A stretch of DNA of 64,000 nucleotides from an uncultured delta proteobacterium (GTDB taxonomy: Bacteria > Desulfobacterota > RBG-13-43-22), in NCBI GenBank assembly GCA_963790475.1, contig CAWBOS010000001.1, positions 128,001-192,000 of the forward strand. Reading direction: 5' to 3'. The notes under the pieces were generated by a model. That model was not told where the DNA came from. It did not search any database and was given only the letters and a program-made list of their open reading frames with translations. Positions within the stretch are counted from its first letter, which is position 1; each line of letters begins with the position of its first letter. This document shows, one piece after another, positions 9,555 through 20,827 of this stretch. Both the position numbers and the translations under genes were made by a program.

Positions 9555-10772
9555 ATGCCTTATGCGGATCTGGACTACAAATTGACCGAAGAACAAAAGG
9601 CCATGAGGGATATGGTCAGGCGTTTTGGCGCTGAAGTTGTAAGGCCTGCGGGTATTGAGCTGGACAACCTGGCCGATCCGGCGGAGGTCATTGCCAAGAA
9701 TTCCAGGCTCTGGGATGTTTTTAAGAAGTTCCGGAAACTGGGACTGCACAAAAGAGGCTTTTCCAAATACTTCGGCGGTATGCTTGAAGATTTGGATCCC
9801 CTGTCCGGATACCTGATAACCGAGGAGTTGGGTTACGCCGATGCCGGTTTGACCATCAGCCTGGGTGTCTCCGGAATGCCCTTTTCTTTCTGCCAATTGT
9901 CCCCTAATCCAAAGCTTCAGTCCCTGGCCCGTGCCTACGTTGAAGATGAGGAAGCAAACCTGATTGGCTGCTGGGGCATAACCGAACCGGATCATGGTTC
10001 GGATTGGAGCCTTGGCGGTGAAGATCCCCAATGCGCTCCTTCCTTACGGGGAGTACTCAAAGGGGACAGATATATTATTAATGGGCAAAAATCGGCCTGG
10101 GTCTCGAACGGCACTATCGCCACTCATTCCACGCTCCACGTTGGTCTGGATCGTTCCAGGGGCATGATGGGGCAGGGGATAGCTATTTGTCCTCTTGACC
10201 TGCCGGGTATTTCCCGCGGCAAACCGCTGAATAAGATCGGCCAACGGCCTTTGAATCAGGGAGAAATATTCTTTGAGGAGGTTGAGTTGCCCCAGGAGTA
10301 TATGATTATCCCGGATTATGCCAAGTTTATTGAGGCGGGGGGCAGGGGTGGACAGCCCCCCATGAGCGGTATGGCCGTGATGTTCGGCGGGCTGGCCAAA
10401 GCTGCCTTAGACGAGGCCCTGCGCTATGCCCGGGAACGCGTCCAGGGGGGTGTGCCCATCTTTGAGCATAAAAATATAAAGCTGAAGCTATTCGAAATGA
10501 TGATGCAGGTTGAGGCCGCTCGTTCTTTTGCCCGCCGGATGTATCTTTATAATGCGGAAAGCGGGGCACCATCCATGCTGCATTCCATGATGGGTAAGTG
10601 GCTGTCGACGGAAACCGCTTTTAAGGTGTCCAGTGAGGCTATTCAAATCTTCGGAGGGAACGGGTTGTCCAAAGAGTATGCCATTGAAAAGATCTTTCGT
10701 GACGCCCGGGCCGGCATGATTGAAGATGGTGTGAATGAGGCCCTGGCTTTGGCCGTTGCCGATCAAATGTAA
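9555..10772 (+). CDS. Acyl-CoA dehydrogenase
   Basis: ITEPDHGSD, INGQKSAWVSNG, RERVQGG, QIFGGNG, FRDARAGMIEDG; GAGAGG RBS before ATG 9555. Confidence 0.93.
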   Translation: MPYADLDYKLTEEQKAMRDMVRRFGAEVVRPAGIELDNLADPAEVIAKNSRLWDVFKKFRKLGLHKRGFSKYFGGMLEDLDPLSGYLITEELGYADAGLTISLGVSGMPFSFCQLSPNPKLQSLARAYVEDEEANLIGCWGITEPDHGSDWSLGGEDPQCAPSLRGVLKGDRYIINGQKSAWVSNGTIATHSTLHVGLDRSRGMMGQGIAICPLDLPGISRGKPLNKIGQRPLNQGEIFFEEVELPQEYMIIPDYAKFIEAGGRGGQPPMSGMAVMFGGLAKAALDEALRYARERVQGGVPIFEHKNIKLKLFEMMMQVEAARSFARRMYLYNAESGAPSMLHSMMGKWLSTETAFKVSSEAIQIFGGNGLSKEYAIEKIFRDARAGMIEDGVNEALALAVADQM

Positions 10773-11382
10773 GGGAGATTATCCGGCAGGGAAATAAAAT
10801 GAAATTGTAATGAAATTGAATGAATGAAATTGGAGTCGGGCCACAGGAACTATTTATATCGCCTTTCGATTCGATCAAAACGGAAAGTGGATCGGAAGCA
10901 CCAAGACCCGGATACACATTATCTCCGGCCCTGGAGACAATGAATTTAGGGGCGTGGCCAAAGTCAGCACACGCGACTTGAAGGATGATGAGATTGGGAC
11001 GTCCGAAGTGCGTCTTGAGGGAAAACGTATCCAGGTTGAGCCATTCTGACATCACGCTTTACGGCGTGACCTTGGGTCAACCTGAGGTGTAGCGTTGCCC
11101 CATACCTGTTTAATGTTTTTGGGTTAAAATCTAAGTAGGGTGTCCCCCGATTTCACATGGCCCCGGGGTCTGGAGATTTACTTGACGAATGGATAAAAAA
11201 GTCAATGATTCGGAAACCGACTACAATGCTTTCCTGGTTTCGGGACACTCTTCAGTGCAAAAAATTGGGAAGATTTTAACAAAAAATAGTAAAAGGATTA
11301 AAATAGGGATCAAAACATTTAAACTGAGAGTCGAATTACTTAAAAAGGGAATCAAAGGAAATATAAAGGATACCTAAAGCAT

Positions 11383-11418
11383 AAAAAAGGCAGGTTCCGA
11401 GATTGAGACCTGCCCTTT
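11383..11418 (-). terminator. Rho-independent terminator
   Basis: GGCAGGT/ACCTGCC stem with an A-tract, downstream of 11435-11680(-). Confidence 0.6.
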
Positions 11419-11434
11419 CCTTTCCGTTCATAGA

Positions 11435-11680
11435 TTAGCCTTTAACGATCAAAAATTGTTCGATCTCCTGGCGAACATCTTCAGGGATAAATCTCAAGGC
11501 TAAGGGAATCCTTGAAAAATCTTCGATCTTTAGCGGGTCATTGACCGATATTACTATTTTCTTGTTTCCAATGACCTGGCAAAAGGTTTGAAGTTGTTCC
11601 TTTAATTCCTCAGCAACTTCTTCAATTTGAAGACCTTCGTGAAGTTCAACCTTAATGGTAATTTGATATTTCCCTGACAT
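11435..11680 (-). CDS. Hypothetical protein
   Basis: 81-aa ORF with a terminator downstream. Confidence 0.5.
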   Translation of the reverse strand: MSGKYQITIKVELHEGLQIEEVAEELKEQLQTFCQVIGNKKIVISVNDPLKIEDFSRIPLALRFIPEDVRQEIEQFLIVKG

Positions 11681-11820
11681 AAGGGCACCTTTCTTTTCAA
11701 AGGCTTCTCATTAAGATTGAAATCATTGAAATTATTGCTCCGGCCAAACAAAGAAGGTCAATCCATAGTTGGAATCGTTTCTTGTTTTATCCAGGTCTTT
11801 CGGTTTAAGCTCATGATTCA

Positions 11821-12099
11821 TTAGCCCTCACTGTCTTCGAAGAATCGCCCGGAATAGGTGAAGGCCTGAGGGGAAAGGGTCAAGCTAAGCCCATTAACTT
11901 TTATATCAATATCCATGCCAAAAGGGGTGTCCTCTTGGCGCATGATCCCATGAACTCCCTTAGCAGCCTGATCCCTTTTGTCGTCTGACTGGAAAGGCTC
12001 CCGGATTAAGGGTTCAAGACCGCCTTCCATTTGGACAAGGAATTTACCGAAAATTTTAGGGGACATTGTTCTGAATTGACTAAAGGGAAGCGGCGTCAA
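11821..12099 (-). CDS. Hypothetical protein (possible fragment abutting repeat A3)
   Basis: ORF only; its start coincides with the repeat junction. Confidence 0.3.
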   Translation of the reverse strand: MTPLPFSQFRTMSPKIFGKFLVQMEGGLEPLIREPFQSDDKRDQAAKGVHGIMRQEDTPFGMDIDIKVNGLSLTLSPQAFTYSGRFFEDSEG

Positions 12100-12330
12100 A
12101 TCTTAAACGGCAATTTGAATTATTTAATCCGGGGCCTTGTTGAATCGGTATATCGCGGACCCTGTAGACCACCAAAGCACCGAACCGTCAGGCCACATGA
12201 CTGACGGGCCTAAGAAGGTCTTTCGATTCCTGCCTGAAGGGAAAAAGGATCACTATCTACTCCCTTGCCTTCACCCCTGCTTTTCCCCTTGACCGAGCCT
12301 TTTCCTTTCCCTATACTCTTTCTATCAAAA
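12091..12330 (+). repeat. Repeat family A copy 3 with promoter TTGACC(12289)-17-TATACT(12312)
   Basis: CGGCGTCAAATCTTAAACGGCAATTTGAATTATTTAATCCGGGG... through TATACTCTTTCTATCAAAA. Confidence 0.92.
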
Positions 12331-12398
12331 AGGGAGTTCTAATCAAAAAAAGCTGTCCCCCTCGGTTTTACACTCCTCAACGGGAAAAAAGGCGATCA

Positions 12399-12890
12399 AT
12401 GGTCTACGTTCTGATGGGAGTTTCGGGGAGCGGAAAAACCACGGTAGGAAAGCTGCTTGCCGAAAAGCTCGGCATTCCTTTTATCGACGCCGACGATTTC
12501 CATCCGACCTCGAATATCGAAAAAATGAGGAACAAGATCCCGCTCAACGATGATGACCGCGCTCCCTGGCTCGCCGCGATCGCCGGGAAAATGCGCGAGG
12601 CAAACGCAGCGCGGGGCGCGGTCGTGGCCTGCTCGGCGCTCAAGGAAAAATACCGGAAATTGCTTAGGGGCGGCAGCCCGGCAATACGTTTCATTTTCCT
12701 AACGGGCGACAGGGAGTTGATCGGCCGTCGCCTTCTGCAGCGGCGCGGCCATTATATGCCGCCAGATCTCCTTGACAGTCAGTTTGCCGCGCTGGAAGCG
12801 CCCGAAGATGGCCTCGCTGTTTCCGCGGATAAGTCGCCTCCTGAAATATGCGATGAAATCATCAAGCGGCTGGATAGGCAAAAAGATTAA
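12399..12890 (+). CDS. gntK: Gluconokinase (GntK/IdnK family)
   Basis: MGVSGSGKTT, DADDFHP, PLNDDDRAPWL, ACSALK, LLDSQFAALE. Confidence 0.93.
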   Translation: MVYVLMGVSGSGKTTVGKLLAEKLGIPFIDADDFHPTSNIEKMRNKIPLNDDDRAPWLAAIAGKMREANAARGAVVACSALKEKYRKLLRGGSPAIRFIFLTGDRELIGRRLLQRRGHYMPPDLLDSQFAALEAPEDGLAVSADKSPPEICDEIIKRLDRQKD

Positions 12891-12894
12891 ACTC

Positions 12895-12932
12895 TCAAAG
12901 AATTATACAAGAAGGGATGGGGGAAAGAGGCC
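12895..12932 (+). repeat. Short repeat family C copy 2
   Basis: 34/38 nt identical to 4652-4689. Confidence 0.75.
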
Positions 12933-13057
12933 ATAAAAGTGAACAATATGACACAAGAAACCATTTGGTCAATAGGTCTTTTTTAAGAACGGAGATTGAC
13001 TTTTTTTGAATGGAGTAGCCCTGCCGGCGGGGTTTTAGGCGTTATTGTCGATTCCGG

Positions 13058-15871
13058 GTGACGATTATGGAGGTATTTATGGGAGAAGAAAATAACATTC
13101 ATGAAATTTCGTCTAAGATCCTCATCGTTGAAGACAGCCCCGTCCAGGTTGAAAAACTGAAGTATAGCCTTGAGAAACATGGTTTTCAGGTTATGGCAGC
13201 CAATAACGGGGTACAGGCTCTGGAGGAGCTTAAGAAGGGATACCGGCCCTTCATAATCGTCAGTGATATTATCATGCCCGAAATGGATGGTTATGAATTC
13301 TGCAAAAAAGTCAGAGAAAATAAAGACCTTGAACATATTCCTGTTATACTTCTAACCATCCTTTCCGAAATGAAGGATATTATCAGGGGGTTGGAGTGTG
13401 GCGCAAACGGCTTCATCATAAAACCCTTCGATGAAAAAAATTTAATATCCCGGATCGAGCAGATGCGGTTAAATGTCGGCTTTCGAGAAAAGACCGATTC
13501 CGATTCCACCATCCGCACATTTTTTTCAGGAGAGAGCTACCAGATCACCGCCGATAAACGGCAGATACTTGAGTTTCTTTTATCCGTTTACGAAGACCTC
13601 TATCGAAACAATAGGGAACTGGTGCGGTTGGACCGTGAGCTGTTGCTGTTGAATGAACATTTGGAAGAGAGGATAGAAGAAAGAACGGCCGCCCTGACAC
13701 AAGAGATCTCTGAGCGCAAACGGGCGGAGGAAGCACTCCGGGAGAGTGAGGAACGATATCGGGAGCTTTTTGAACACATTTCTTCCTGCGTCGCGATTTA
13801 TGAGACCGTGGATGATGGAGCAGATTTCGTCTTCAAAGATTTCAACGATGCCGGGGAGCGAACTGAGAATATCGTCAGAACCCAAGTTATCGGCAAGCGG
13901 GTTACAGAAGTATTTCCAGGAGTCACTGATTTAGGGCTCTTGAATGTCTTACGTAGGGTGTGGCAAACGGGTGAACCGGCACATCATCCGGTGTCATTCT
14001 ACCAGGACCAACGGATTCAGGGATGGCGGGAGAATTATGTCTACCGGCTTCCTTCAGGAGAAATTGTTGTTGTTTATGATGACATTACCCTCCGTAAACA
14101 GGCAGAAGAGGCGCTGCTGGATAGTGAGCGAAAGTACCACCTACTTGTTGATTCAAGCATTGATGCTGTTCTGCTGACTTCTCCTGATGGAGGTATTATC
14201 TCCGCTAATCCGGCCGCCTGTCAAATTTTTGGGTATACGGAAGACGAGATCCGGAAATTGGGACGGGGGGGTATTGTGGATAACTCCGATCCTAATTTGC
14301 CTGCTGCTTTGGAGGAACGCGCCAAAACAGGAAAATTCCGTGGGGAACTGACCTTTGTCCGCAAGGATGATACAAAATTTCCAGGAGATGTATCCACTGC
14401 CATTTTTACAGATAAAGAAGGCCGGATCAGAACAAGCATGGTCATTCGTGACATCACCGGTCAAAAACACATATCGGAGGCGTTGAGAAGAAGTGAGGAG
14501 AGATACCGGACCATTATTGAAAACATTGAAGACGGTTATTATGAGGTGGATCTGGCAGGTAGGTTAACTTTTTTCAATGATGCCATGGCGCGGATCAATG
14601 GATATTCAAGAGAAGAAACGATGGGTATGTCCTTCCGTGATCATAGCGATGCCGAAAACGCCGAAATATTATATAAAGACTTTAACCGAGTTTATCAGAC
14701 CGGAGAGTCTTCCAAAGGAAGCCATTACGAAGTAATTTCCAAAAATGGAGAAAAGAAGAATTTAGAAACCTCCATCTCATTGATAAGAGATTCATCAAAT
14801 AAGCCCATGGGGTTCAGGGGCATTGCCAGGGATGTCACGGAACTCAGGCAGGCCCAGAATGCATTACAAACCAGTGAAGAAAGGTTTCGAATCGCCGCTG
14901 AAAGTTCCAACGATTTTATTTATGAATGGGATCTCAATACGGGTCAAATTGATTGGTTTGGCGACGCCACGGAGAGACTTAATCACCTTTTAAGTGAAAT
15001 TCCTGTTACAGCAACCGACTTTAATAAAATTATTTATCTTGATGATTATACTCTTTTCTTGGAACCCATCCGACGACATCTGAAGCGTGGGGTGCCTTAC
15101 AATGAAGAATTCCGGATCATTGGAAAAGAAGGGAGAATTATTTATGTGAAGGTGGCCGGAATGGGTTTGCGGAACCAAGAAGGGAGAGTCTATAAATGGA
15201 TAGGGGCCATTAGCGATATTTCGGAACGGAAAAAAACAGAGGAAGAACTTAGAAAAAGTTTCGAAAAGCTGCGTATGGCCATGAATGGAATAATCCAAGC
15301 CATGGCCTTGACCGTTGAGACCAGGGACCCTTATACGGCCGGGCACCAGCAGCGGGTGGCCGATCTGGCTCGGGCAATGGCTCAGGAGATGGACCTTGCA
15401 GAAGACCAAGTAGATGCTTTGCGCATGGCCGGTACGGTCCACGACCTGGGCAAAATCGGGATTCCAGCTGAAATCCTCAGCAAGCCTGTTGAGTTAAGTG
15501 ATATTGAATTAAAGTTAATTATGAATCATCCGCAGATTAGTTATAACATTCTCAAAGATATTGATTTTCCCTGGCCGGTGGCTCAGATTGTTTTACAACA
15601 CCATGAAAGGATCAATGGTTCAGGGTATCCTTTGGGGCTGTCCGGGGATGATATTCTTTTGGAGGCCAGGATTCTGACCGTAGCCGATGTGGTAGAAGCC
15701 ATAGCCTCCCACCGGCCCTATCGACCGGCTCATGGGATTGACATAGCCCTTGAAGAAATAGCAATTAACAAGGGGATTTTATATGACCAGAACGCAGTTA
15801 ATGCCTGTTTGAGACTTTTCAATGAGAAGGGATATAAATTTAAAGAACAGGTGACTTGGGCTTCCATTTGA
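13058..15871 (+). CDS. Response regulator / multi-PAS / HD-GYP c-di-GMP phosphodiesterase
   Basis: ILIVEDS...SDIIMPEMDG receiver, four PAS repeats, HDLGK, HHERINGSGYP, HRPYR. Confidence 0.93.
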   Translation: MTIMEVFMGEENNIHEISSKILIVEDSPVQVEKLKYSLEKHGFQVMAANNGVQALEELKKGYRPFIIVSDIIMPEMDGYEFCKKVRENKDLEHIPVILLTILSEMKDIIRGLECGANGFIIKPFDEKNLISRIEQMRLNVGFREKTDSDSTIRTFFSGESYQITADKRQILEFLLSVYEDLYRNNRELVRLDRELLLLNEHLEERIEERTAALTQEISERKRAEEALRESEERYRELFEHISSCVAIYETVDDGADFVFKDFNDAGERTENIVRTQVIGKRVTEVFPGVTDLGLLNVLRRVWQTGEPAHHPVSFYQDQRIQGWRENYVYRLPSGEIVVVYDDITLRKQAEEALLDSERKYHLLVDSSIDAVLLTSPDGGIISANPAACQIFGYTEDEIRKLGRGGIVDNSDPNLPAALEERAKTGKFRGELTFVRKDDTKFPGDVSTAIFTDKEGRIRTSMVIRDITGQKHISEALRRSEERYRTIIENIEDGYYEVDLAGRLTFFNDAMARINGYSREETMGMSFRDHSDAENAEILYKDFNRVYQTGESSKGSHYEVISKNGEKKNLETSISLIRDSSNKPMGFRGIARDVTELRQAQNALQTSEERFRIAAESSNDFIYEWDLNTGQIDWFGDATERLNHLLSEIPVTATDFNKIIYLDDYTLFLEPIRRHLKRGVPYNEEFRIIGKEGRIIYVKVAGMGLRNQEGRVYKWIGAISDISERKKTEEELRKSFEKLRMAMNGIIQAMALTVETRDPYTAGHQQRVADLARAMAQEMDLAEDQVDALRMAGTVHDLGKIGIPAEILSKPVELSDIELKLIMNHPQISYNILKDIDFPWPVAQIVLQHHERINGSGYPLGLSGDDILLEARILTVADVVEAIASHRPYRPAHGIDIALEEIAINKGILYDQNAVNACLRLFNEKGYKFKEQVTWASI

Positions 15872-16199
15872 GTATTGGCCATTCTGTCCCTCTATCAATC
15901 CCCTTATCATTGATTAAATTGGGGTCGGGCCTAATGCCGAATGGATTTAAATGGGCCAGGTGGAGAAATCTTTGGAGAGTCCAGATTCCGGAATACCTGA
16001 CGGCTTCCCTACAGAACATTCTAATCCTGATTCATCATGTCAAAGAACAAAGGCCGGCAGGGGCCAATAGGAGCTTGAAACTAAATCCGAAAAGGTTATT
16101 AATCCGTCTGGCCAATTGTTTTTGGGGAGAATTTCCTTTTAGCTACCTTCCCAAGTCAGTTTTTGCTAACCCTTATGATTCTTAAATTAGATTTTGAGC

Positions 16200-16352
16200 A
16201 ACAGACCCCTGTTTTCTTGACATTCTAAAACCAGGGACAGGGCCCGTTTTTTCACCTCCCTTTCTTTATTAATGGAGAAGAAGACGCCATTCGTCTCCTT
16301 AACCTTCGATTTGCTTTTCTCCTTGCCCCGGTCTTTTTCTTGCCATATACTC
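16200..16352 (+). repeat. Repeat family B copy 2 with promoter TTGCCC(16323)-17-TATACT(16346)
   Basis: TTCTTGACATT...CCAGGGACAG...AATGGAGAAGAAGACGCCATTCGTCTCCTTA, shared with copy B1. Confidence 0.9.
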
Positions 16353-16471
16353 TTATACAGTTGTCCCTTATTAAGGCATTTTACAACAAACCATCCTAAT
16401 CGACTCGTAACTCAGCGGCTGAATTTTGTGTCCTCAATTATCTTCATTTCCTATTAAAGGAGACACCACCA

Positions 16472-16969
16472 ATGAAAGAAAAACATCTGGCAGCTGTTTG
16501 CGGGCTCTATTGCGGCGCCTGCATCATTTATCGGGCGCGTAAAGACGGAAACCATCAGGCTATCGAGCAGATAGCACGGAGGATGTCATCATCCTTCAAT
16601 GTAAAGCCAGAGGACCTTGGGTGCGACGGCTGCCTTGCCGGAGGCCGCCTGACACCCTATTGCCAACAGTGTGCCATCAGGGTTTGTCCTGATAAAAAGC
16701 CGGGAGTGACCCGCTGTTCCGACTGCCCCGATTTTCCTTGTTCTCTTATTACCGATTTCAATAACGACGGCATGCGTCACCATGCCGAGGTATTGGACAA
16801 TTTACGCAAGATCGCTGAATCCGGCGTTGAAAACTGGCTTGGTTCCGAGCAGGAAAGGTGGAGCTGCCCCCATTGCGGCTCTCCTACGGATTGGTATGCA
16901 AAGAGCTGCTTTCACTGCGGGGGAGTTCAGCCCCACCGCCTGCCGTTGCTTCCCAGGGACAAGAAGTAA
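16472..16969 (+). CDS. DUF3795 family Cys-rich protein
   Basis: CGLYCGAC, CDGC, CAIRVC, CSDCPDFPC, C-terminal double zinc ribbon. Confidence 0.85.
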   Translation: MKEKHLAAVCGLYCGACIIYRARKDGNHQAIEQIARRMSSSFNVKPEDLGCDGCLAGGRLTPYCQQCAIRVCPDKKPGVTRCSDCPDFPCSLITDFNNDGMRHHAEVLDNLRKIAESGVENWLGSEQERWSCPHCGSPTDWYAKSCFHCGGVQPHRLPLLPRDKK

Positions 16970-17031
16970 TGAATATCAGTAGAATGCTCAAAAAAAAATG
17001 GTTAAAGGCCAACAGATAGAAAGTTGAAGCT

Positions 17032-17220
17032 ATGTCGAAACCAGAAGAGTCGGTCGTGCGCGAAATGGTAATAATCGGATCGTTTAATTTCACCAGGGCG
17101 GCAGAGGAACGGAATGCTGAAAACCTCTTGATCATTAAATCAAAAGACTTAGCCAAGCCATATATCGAAAACTGGAACCGGCATAAGGGTCATTCTGAGC
17201 CTTATCCGGCCAGGTATTAA
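17032..17220 (+). pseudogene. C-terminal fragment of a phospholipase D-family (Nuc-like) nuclease
   Basis: IIGSFNFTRAAEERNAENLLII is present but the HxK motif and N-terminus are missing. Confidence 0.75.
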
Positions 17221-17230
17221 GGGGGGAACT

Positions 17231-17497
17231 ATGGCTTTATGTAGATGCTTAGAAAATCATGCTTGGCCCAATGGACGGGTCAGGAAGTATATTGGTTATC
17301 TGAAGCCGATTGGATACCCAAAGACTTCTTTAATCTGTGGCCTATGTGATTATCCCGGAGTGATATGGATCGAGAAAGAGGAAGAGTCAGCTTATCGAAG
17401 CGGCCAGAGGATCTTTACTGGCCCTCATGCTTTTACAAGGATGAAAGCTGACAATAACGGAATCTACTCTAAACCGAATTATTTAAAGAATAGATAA
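17231..17497 (+). CDS. Hypothetical Cys-containing protein
   Basis: 88-aa ORF with a GGGGGG RBS. Confidence 0.55.
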   Translation: MALCRCLENHAWPNGRVRKYIGYLKPIGYPKTSLICGLCDYPGVIWIEKEEESAYRSGQRIFTGPHAFTRMKADNNGIYSKPNYLKNR

Positions 17498-17738
17498 TTT
17501 AATATAGCCAAAAAACTAGATCCGAAAGAAGTGATTGACTTCAAAAAACTCTTGATGAGTAACGTTTTACTATTTCATTCGGACAACCTCGATGGAAAAT
17601 CGAGCACGCACCAAAGTCACAGGAGGTAGATTGCTCATTGAGGTTATCAAGATCGAAAGTTGAAATGATAATCATTATTCAACAAGTGAAAAATGCTCAA
17701 ATGTTGCTTTATTTCAAATTCAATAAGAAAGGGAATTA

Positions 17739-18053
17739 ATGCCCCTACCAGAATTTACCAAGAAATTGATAAATGCAAAACTCTCCCAATACTGTATTAA
17801 TCGTATCCCCGAGCATGCCCGTGACAAGGTAAAGTTGATCTTTAATATTAAAGGGAACATAGTTACCCTCATCCTATCGAGACCATATTTTAAGGATCGT
17901 TCCAAATGGGCAGAGAGATCAGTAGCTCAAATTCGTTTTGATAATGACAATAAGAAATGGATGTTATACTTTGTTGACAAGAATGATAAGTGGCATGCAT
18001 ACGACTTGATTCAACCGAGCACCGATTTTGATGATCTTCAAAGGAGGATTTGA
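17739..18053 (+). CDS. DUF3024 family protein, probably C-terminally truncated
   Basis: RIPEHARDKVKL, VAQIRF, WMLY...WHAY; lacks the usual IFWG ending. Confidence 0.75.
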   Translation: MPLPEFTKKLINAKLSQYCINRIPEHARDKVKLIFNIKGNIVTLILSRPYFKDRSKWAERSVAQIRFDNDNKKWMLYFVDKNDKWHAYDLIQPSTDFDDLQRRI

Positions 18054-18238
18054 TTGGAGTCAAAGAGAAGAGGGAGGATGCTTTTGTGTTAATCAAAGCG
18101 ATCCCGGAGGTATACTTGCCTGATATAGTGGAATATTTCCGAATCCTGACCGGGCTTTAAGGAAATTGATAAACCGAATTGATTTGGGAAGTTCTTTCCA
18201 TTGGGGCGTAGGACCATGAACGATAATATGAAAGGAGG

Positions 18239-18814
18239 ATGAATATGAAGATACTCGGTATAATGGGTAGTCCCCGCATCGGGGGTAACAGCGATATTCT
18301 TTTGGATCAGGCCCTGGCAGGTGCTGTAAGCGCTGGGGCTGAGGTGGAAAAAATTATCCTCAATCAAAAGAAAATTTCAGGCTGCCAGGACTGCAAGAAG
18401 TGTAACGAAACAGGTCTCTGCGCCCTTAAGGACGACATGCCGGAAATCCAAAAAAAAATCCTGGAGGCGGATGCCGTCATTCACAGTGTGCCCGTTTATT
18501 TCTGGTCCATGACCGCTCAAATGAAGGCCTACCTGGATAGATGGTGTGCCTTTTTCGATGCCGATTGGAGATGGCATAAGTCGTACTATCCGCAAATGAA
18601 GGGGAAAGGCATCGGATTGATCACGGTTTGCGGAGAAGCTGACGTACACACGGCTGATCCCATCGTCAATTGTTTTAAGCCCACTGCAGACTTCTCCAAA
18701 CTCCGCTGGATCGGGACCGTTATGGCCTCAGCCAGGGAAAAAGGGGAGATCGCCAAGAACAAAACAGCCAAGCAGGAGGCGTATGAGCTCGGCCGCAAGG
18801 CAGCTACTCCCTGA
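18239..18814 (+). CDS. Flavodoxin family / iron-sulfur flavoprotein
   Basis: GSPRIGGNS, CQDCKKC-x5-C, PVYFW, MKAYLDR. Confidence 0.9.
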   Translation: MNMKILGIMGSPRIGGNSDILLDQALAGAVSAGAEVEKIILNQKKISGCQDCKKCNETGLCALKDDMPEIQKKILEADAVIHSVPVYFWSMTAQMKAYLDRWCAFFDADWRWHKSYYPQMKGKGIGLITVCGEADVHTADPIVNCFKPTADFSKLRWIGTVMASAREKGEIAKNKTAKQEAYELGRKAATP

Positions 18815-19293
18815 TCATCGCGGAAGTGTACTGCAATGAGGAATTGAAGAAGGGAATTTGATGGACGACCAGCAGATGACTTATTTTGACCAAGGGGCAA
18901 GTGAGCAGGGGAACCGCCTCTGACCAAAGAAGAAGCCTATATCCAACTGGGCTATAGTGCTTCCCTTTTCAAGGCCATTTTGGATTATGCGAAATAGGAA
19001 GAAGGATGCTAAGGTTTGTTAAGCATGGCGGTACAAAGAAATCACCCCCGGGTACTAAGAGGTTAGCCGGGAGTTCAAAAAAAGGATGCGTTCACTGATG
19101 CTTTGGGGAAAGAAGGAATGGCCTTATGAGTACGAATACTGGAAGAGGCATCGGGGTCTAAAGGGATAGGTGACAGAGATGTATCTGATATTTCTTCCTC
19201 AAACCTCTATTCAAAAATGTTGGAGGTCAATCGCATCATTTAATAGTCTAATTTTTTAATGGGGCGGAAAAAGCTTAGAAAAGGAGAGAAATC

Positions 19294-20133
19294 ATGGGGA
19301 AATTAGAAGGGAAAGTGACCATTGTGACTGGAGCGAGCTGAGGTATCGGTAAAGCCATATCCAAGCTCTTCGCAGCCGAAGGGGCTAAGGTCGTTTGTGC
19401 TGCTCGCACCCTGGACGAAGGGGAGCATGTTTTCGAGGGTTCTCTCAACACGACGGTTTTAGAAATCCAGCAGGCTGGAGGCACTGCTTTAGCCGTACAG
19501 ACCAATACAGCCTCCGAGAATAGCTGTATCAAACTCGTTCAGACTGCCAAGGAAACCTTCGGTCCTGTCGATGTCTTGGTTAATGATGCGGCCCTTACTT
19601 ATTTTATCCCCATTAAAGACATGGGGGTACATCAATGGGATCGTTCCTGGGCGGTCGGTCCACGGGCTGTTTTTATCCTGTCTAAAACGGTGCTGCCGGA
19701 TATGATCGAACGCCGTAGCGGAGCCATCATCAACATTTCTTCCGGTGCAGCGATTGGACCAGGGCGTGGACCTTATCAACCAACTACCCGAAGCAGTACC
19801 AAGTACGGGGCTGAAAAAGCAGCCATAGAGCGTTTCTCTCAAGGACTGGCTGAAGAGGTTTACCCCTATGGTATAACCGTGGCGGCTTTGTCTCCTTCGC
19901 AGGTTGTGGTCACCCCAGGCACGGTCTATTTCAAATTAACCGCTCCTGAAAATCCGGACAGCGAGCCCCCGGAGATCATGGCCAGAGCAACCGTCCTTCT
20001 TGCCACCGAGCCGCTCGACAAAGTTACCGGTCTGGTCACTTATAGCCAGGCCATTCTCAAGGAGTATGGCTGGATCAGCAATGGTAAGGGCATTGGCATC
20101 GACCGACCAGGTAGCGGATACAGCCAGCGGTAG
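19294..20133 (+). pseudogene. SDR oxidoreductase with an internal TGA at 19339-19341
   Basis: MGKLEGKVTIVTGAS*GIG (Arg position of TGASRGIG), in frame with ORF 19576-20133 (YGAEK). Confidence 0.8.
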
Positions 20134-20362
20134 CCGAGGGACAAACAGTTAGGGCCTGTATACCAGATAACCCGTTAATCTGAATCATGTAGATATTTTT
20201 AACTAAAGAGAAGGGAATGGAGGGCTTGAACGCGCTCAAATATGATCTCTTTTATAGGGGATTATTAGCCCAAAGGGGACTTCCTTACAACTAAAAATCT
20301 ATCATAGTCTCTATCAAAAAGAATTTTTAAACCAACCTGGCACTGCCGGAGAGGAGGAATGC

Positions 20363-20812
20363 ATGGGCAAGATGGAATCCATTATTAAATCAGAGGTTCA
20401 GCGTTTGGCAAAGAAAGAGATCCATAAGGCGTCGGCTCCTTTGGCTCAAGATATTCGGTCGTTGAAAAACAAGGTCTCCCAACTTCGTAAGATTGTTTTA
20501 CGGCTCGAACGATCTACAGCTCATCAGAAAAACGTAAAGGGGATAAAAGAGGAAACACTGGAAGCATCACCGGAAGAAGTAAAAGCCTCTCGGTTTTCTC
20601 CCCGGTTGATTCGAAGCCTCCGTAGGCACTTGGGCATTTCCCAGAAGGAGTTAGCCATTCTCGCCGGCGTTTCGGTTGGGGCTGCGCACCTGTGGGAGAC
20701 AGGGAAGTTTAGGCCGAAGGACGAGAAGAAAAGGGTGCTGGTAGCTTTGAGGAAGCTTAGTCGTCGGGAGGTCAGAAGGCTTCTTGAAGATAAAACCGCC
20801 GGGGTACCTTGA
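20363..20812 (+). CDS. XRE-family HTH protein with an N-terminal coiled coil
   Basis: IRSLRRHLGISQKELAILAGVSVGAAHLWETG. Confidence 0.85.
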   Translation: MGKMESIIKSEVQRLAKKEIHKASAPLAQDIRSLKNKVSQLRKIVLRLERSTAHQKNVKGIKEETLEASPEEVKASRFSPRLIRSLRRHLGISQKELAILAGVSVGAAHLWETGKFRPKDEKKRVLVALRKLSRREVRRLLEDKTAGVP

Positions 20813-20827
20813 CGACTGTATGATAAT

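Noticed and set aside
19339-19341. In-frame TGA in the SDR gene as a possible selenocysteine
   Set aside because: It sits at the Arg position of TGASRGIG (CGA to TGA is one transition), which is not a Cys column; treated as a nonsense mutation or read error
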